The notes beneath the pieces were generated by a model. The model did not search any database. It was not told the origin of the DNA and was given only the letters and a program-made list of their open reading frames with translations. Below are positions 28,982 to 32,000 of a DNA stretch of 32,000 nt, piece by piece (position 1 is the first letter of the stretch; every line of letters starts with the position of its first letter). Both the position numbers and the translations under genes were made by a program. Source of the DNA: Candidatus Saccharimonadota bacterium (lineage in GTDB: Bacteria; Pseudomonadota; Alphaproteobacteria; Rickettsiales; Anaplasmataceae); contig NZ_CP046580.1 in assembly GCF_013365495.1 (NCBI RefSeq), positions 510,001 through 542,000 on the forward strand, written 5' to 3'.

Positions 28982-29013
28982 GGTGTATTATTATAATGGT
29001 GTATTATTATAAT
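28982..29013. repeat. Perfect tandem duplication, 2 x 16 bp (GGTGTATTATTATAAT)
   Basis: 28982-28997 and 28998-29013 are identical. Located in the spacer upstream of coxB. Confidence 0.9.
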
Positions 29014-29722
29014 CAATATTAAATTTATTCAGAGCCTCCTATTCTTTTAGAGTGTATTTTAACTAAAGCTAATGACCAAAAATATATAGCAATAAAGTAG
29101 AATAGCATAAAGATAAAGAAAATACTCAATAAATTTAAGTATAAAGAGAAAGTAAATTTAATAAAAAATATTTTAGAGATTTTGTGAATGAAGTAAAAAA
29201 GACTATCTAAAATATAACATAAAGAAAATATCAAATTCTACATCTTAGATTATACTAAATGCCAATGAGTACTTACCATAATTAATTTGCTATCATAGAA
29301 GGCAGTAGCTGAATAATTTAAGAAATTAGAAAAGCAAATAAATTTTAAGGAATTAAATTATGATTTTAAACATAATATTAAGAACAGTAGAAAATAAACA
29401 CCGAATTTCAGAAGTTTAGAATAAAGAAAACTAAAGTTTATAATGAAAAAAAATAAAATATGAAAATATTACATATTTAATATGTGAAATACCATCTAAA
29501 CCTTTAACAGTAATTAAAAATTAAGAATTTAAAGCAAAAAGTACTAAATATCAAAAAAAAGCTTTTGTTATAATTTGGAACAAAAATGATAAAAGTATGA
29601 TTTATTTATAATCTTATCAAAAATTTTATAGTTTATGATAAATTATCATAATATCTTTTTTTAAAAAAAAGCAAAAATAAAACTTAACACTTTATTTAAA
29701 AAATTATCACTTTACGAGTTAA

Positions 29723-31159
29723 TTATCTTTCTATAAAGGATTTATCAACTGTTGCAATTATAGGTGTAAATAAAAATGATAAAAGAGTGCGGGATTGAGT
29801 AACTATATATACCTCTGCTGGCATACCAGGATATAAATATACACCTTTAAATTGAGCAAGTTCTGACTTTGGTATTACTACACGTACTGAGTAATAACGC
29901 CCTAATTTTTGATCGTCAAGAGCATCAGGAGAAATATGGCTTATTATACCATTAATTAAACTTAAGCTACGTGCACTATAAGCACTCAGCCTTACTTTAG
30001 CTCTTAACCCTTTTATTCCATCAATACAGATTATGTTACTATCTTTTTTTTGTGCAGATATTATTTCTTCTATATTTTTAGACTGAATTTTAGTATCTAC
30101 TATTAAATCATCATTAGACGGTACTATACTCATAACCTGAACTCCAGGTTGTATAACACCACCTTCAGTATGATATCTTATATCTGTAACTATTCCATCT
30201 TGAGGTGATCTAATGACTGTACGCGCCAATGCATCTTCTGCGACTATCAGCCTCTCTTTTAAATCAGCAATAGATATACTGATTTCTTTAAGTTCAATGT
30301 GTGTTCTTTCTTGAGAATCATTTCTTATATTGATAATTTCTAATTCATTTTCTTTAATTTTTTGCTGTACTTGAGATATTGCAGCACGGTAGCGGCCAAC
30401 TTTACCTTCAATTTCAGCAAACTGCTTTTTTAAAGTCAAAATATGTTGTTTACCTATGTAGCCATTACTAAAAAGTTGTCTCTTTGTTACTAATTCTTCA
30501 CCTATTAACTCATATTGCTTAAAAGCTGCATCTAATTGAAAATTCAATCCTACTAACTCATCATACAACTGTTTTATACGTTGTTGTAGCACATCAATTT
30601 TTCCTAATATACTCTTGTGTTGAGAATAAAATAGTTTTATCTGATTTGTGATTATCCTATTTGTAAATTCACTGTTAGATAATTTTTTAATTTCATCAGG
30701 AAATTTAATCTCGTCTAATCCTGCTTCAATAGCAATTAATCTTGCTTCGGTTGTTAAAAGTAACAAAAGTTTTTCTTTAATTATATTTAAATTCGCCTTC
30801 TCATTAATGTTGTTTAATAAAACTAATGGCTCATTTTTCCTAACTTTTTGACCTTCTTTGACTAAAATTCTACTTATTATTCCCCCTCCTAAATGCTGAA
30901 CTATCTTTCTATTCGAAGATACGATAACTTCTCCACTTGCATGCACTGCCCCATCGATTGGAGCCATAGCTGACCAAATACCTCCTACCCCAAAAAAAAT
31001 AAATATCACTACCAAACCAAAAAATAGTGGCCCCCACGTTACTTTAATGACTTCATTTATATTATTTCCATGGCGTTTCAATATGAAACTTGTTATTACA
31101 TCAATCGATACAAAAGTTTTATCCAAAATTTTTAGATATTTCTTTTTAATCCATTGCAT
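29723..31159 (-). CDS. Type I secretion system membrane fusion protein (HlyD family periplasmic adaptor)
   Basis: 478 aa. Short cytoplasmic N-terminus; single TM GPLFFGLVVIFIFFGVGGIW; lipoyl-like G.V..I.VKEGQKV; a long coiled-coil region; C-terminal beta domain LYPGMPAEVYI. Confidence 0.88.
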   Translation of the reverse strand: MQWIKKKYLKILDKTFVSIDVITSFILKRHGNNINEVIKVTWGPLFFGLVVIFIFFGVGGIWSAMAPIDGAVHASGEVIVSSNRKIVQHLGGGIISRILVKEGQKVRKNEPLVLLNNINEKANLNIIKEKLLLLLTTEARLIAIEAGLDEIKFPDEIKKLSNSEFTNRIITNQIKLFYSQHKSILGKIDVLQQRIKQLYDELVGLNFQLDAAFKQYELIGEELVTKRQLFSNGYIGKQHILTLKKQFAEIEGKVGRYRAAISQVQQKIKENELEIINIRNDSQERTHIELKEISISIADLKERLIVAEDALARTVIRSPQDGIVTDIRYHTEGGVIQPGVQVMSIVPSNDDLIVDTKIQSKNIEEIISAQKKDSNIICIDGIKGLRAKVRLSAYSARSLSLINGIISHISPDALDDQKLGRYYSVRVVIPKSELAQFKGVYLYPGMPAEVYIVTQSRTLLSFLFTPIIATVDKSFIER

Positions 31160-31465
31160 ATTTATACTATCACTATAGTAAACAAAAACATCTTAAAAGA
31201 CATGGGTACTAATTTTTTAACTTATTTATCATACATTATTGTACTAACATTGTACTAATAATAGTATGAAAACTAAAAAATTTATGATTTAAGCACCTAA
31301 CTAAGGTTATAGAACGATCAAAATAATCTTTCTATTTTAGTAAAATACTATTTTAATACTTAATTTGGATCAAATTCCAAATAAGTATCAAAACTATTTA
31401 ATGAACATAGAAAATTTATTGCTAATTAGATAATGTTCTGTTAGTAATCAAAAAAATAAATTATT

Positions 31466-32000
31466 ATGTTTCAATTAGAAGACAGAAAATTTCTCATTAC
31501 TGGTGCTTCAGGTGGAATAGGTCAAGCGATTGTAAAAGTTATGTATAAAGCCGGAGCAACTTTATGCATCTCTGGTACAAAAAAAGAAACTCTTAAAGGA
31601 ATTGCTAAACAGTATAAAAAGAATATGTATGTACTTCCCTGTAACTTACTAAACGCTGAAGAAGTAAATCATCTAATAGATAAAGCAAGTAAGTTAATGA
31701 CAGGTTTTGATGGACTTATATGCAATGCAGGCATTACACAAGATAGTTTATTGCTAAAAATGACAGATGAAGCATGGCAGAAAGTAATTGATATTAACTT
31801 GGGCTCCACGTTTAAGTTGAGTAGAGAAGCGTGTAAGAAACTAATTAAAAATAATTGGGGAAGGATTATAAATATTTCTTCAGTAGTAGGGTTAATAGGA
31901 AACGCTGGACAGGCAAATTACGCAGCATCAAAAGCTGGAATAATAGCTATGAGCAAATCTATAGCAAAAGAAGTTGCCAGTCGAAATATAACAGTTAATT
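31466..32000 (+). CDS. fabG: 3-oxoacyl-[ACP] reductase (SDR), 3'-truncated by the window edge
   Basis: Hand translation from the ATG at 31466: MFQLEDRKFLITGASGGIGQAI...CNAGIT...NISSVVGLIGNAGQANYAASKAG. Carries the TGxxxGIG, NAG and S...YxxxK motifs. Absent from the ORF track because there is no stop within the window. Confidence 0.88.
   Translation, partial: MFQLEDRKFLITGASGGIGQAIVKVMYKAGATLCISGTKKETLKGIAKQYKKNMYVLPCNLLNAEEVNHLIDKASKLMTGFDGLICNAGITQDSLLLKMTDEAWQKVIDINLGSTFKLSREACKKLIKNNWGRIINISSVVGLIGNAGQANYAASKAGIIAMSKSIAKEVASRNITVN

Noticed and set aside
29025-29234. 69-aa hydrophobic ORF (TTG start) downstream of the HlyD gene on the same strand; considered as a possible small T1SS-linked membrane protein or substrate.
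   Set aside because: TTG start and no SD. It is almost pure F/I/L/Y/K low complexity and lies 490 nt from hlyD. Nothing distinguishes it from an AT-rich artefact, and it would need conservation or expression data.
31206-31258. Direct repeats ATTGTACTAA-c-ATTGTACTAA (11-bp period) plus a third GTACTAA in the hlyD/fabG divergent region; considered as CtrA-like (TTAA-N7-TTAA) or response-regulator sites.
   Set aside because: The half-sites read CTAA, not TTAA. A 10-nt repeat at short distance is expected several times by chance at this composition.
1-32000. Searched for mobile or defence content: CRISPR repeats, IS or transposase, integrase, phage, toxin-antitoxin, restriction-modification. Also searched for structured ncRNAs (tmRNA, RNase P RNA, SRP RNA, rRNA).
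   Set aside because: No spaced direct-repeat arrays were seen. No ORF carries transposase, integrase, nuclease or NTPase-type motifs outside the housekeeping genes called. No conserved ncRNA core motifs such as GGAAAGTCC or GGAAGCAGCC occur in the spacers.

Overview
Very AT-rich window with K/N/I/F-biased proteins. It carries core housekeeping genes of an obligate-intracellular alphaproteobacterium (Rickettsiales). The best fit by eye is Anaplasmataceae, with an Ehrlichia-like architecture; this assignment is inference and no database search was possible. Supporting points: gapA is present, cox genes are split, a ProP-like MFS transporter and an HlyD type I secretion adaptor are present, and tRNA-Ile(GAU) lies outside any rRNA operon. 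Gene order on the + strand: purB (5' partial), tRNA-Met(CAU), rne/rng, dnaK, gatB, rplU-rpmA, tRNA-Ile(GAU), metK, coxC, bolA-metC-murE, ProP-like MFS, gapA-tatC. rpmG lies on the - strand between tRNA-Met and rne. Gene order on the - strand, in transcription order: HlyD-family adaptor; coxB-coxA-ctaB plus an uncalled 35-codon membrane ORF; rnhA overlapping a 1003-aa AsmA/YhdP-like envelope protein. fabG (3' partial, + strand) ends the window. I see no CRISPR array, IS/transposase, integrase, prophage, toxin-antitoxin or recognisable defence genes. I found no convincing novel multi-gene system. The unusual aspects are architectural. By my own coordinates about 8.3 of 32 kb is non-coding, including five ORF-free spacers of 0.9-2.0 kb. 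There are also a few local oddities: purB's stop codon lies inside a tRNA, bolA-metC-murE is tightly packed, a small TM ORF is coupled to ctaB, the RNase E/G protein ends in an amphipathic helix, a perfect 28-nt palindrome follows metK, a 2x16-bp tandem duplication sits upstream of coxB, and A9-A10 tracts occur in essential genes. Most small hairpins and palindromes in the spacers fall within chance expectation for this base composition and are listed as rejected.
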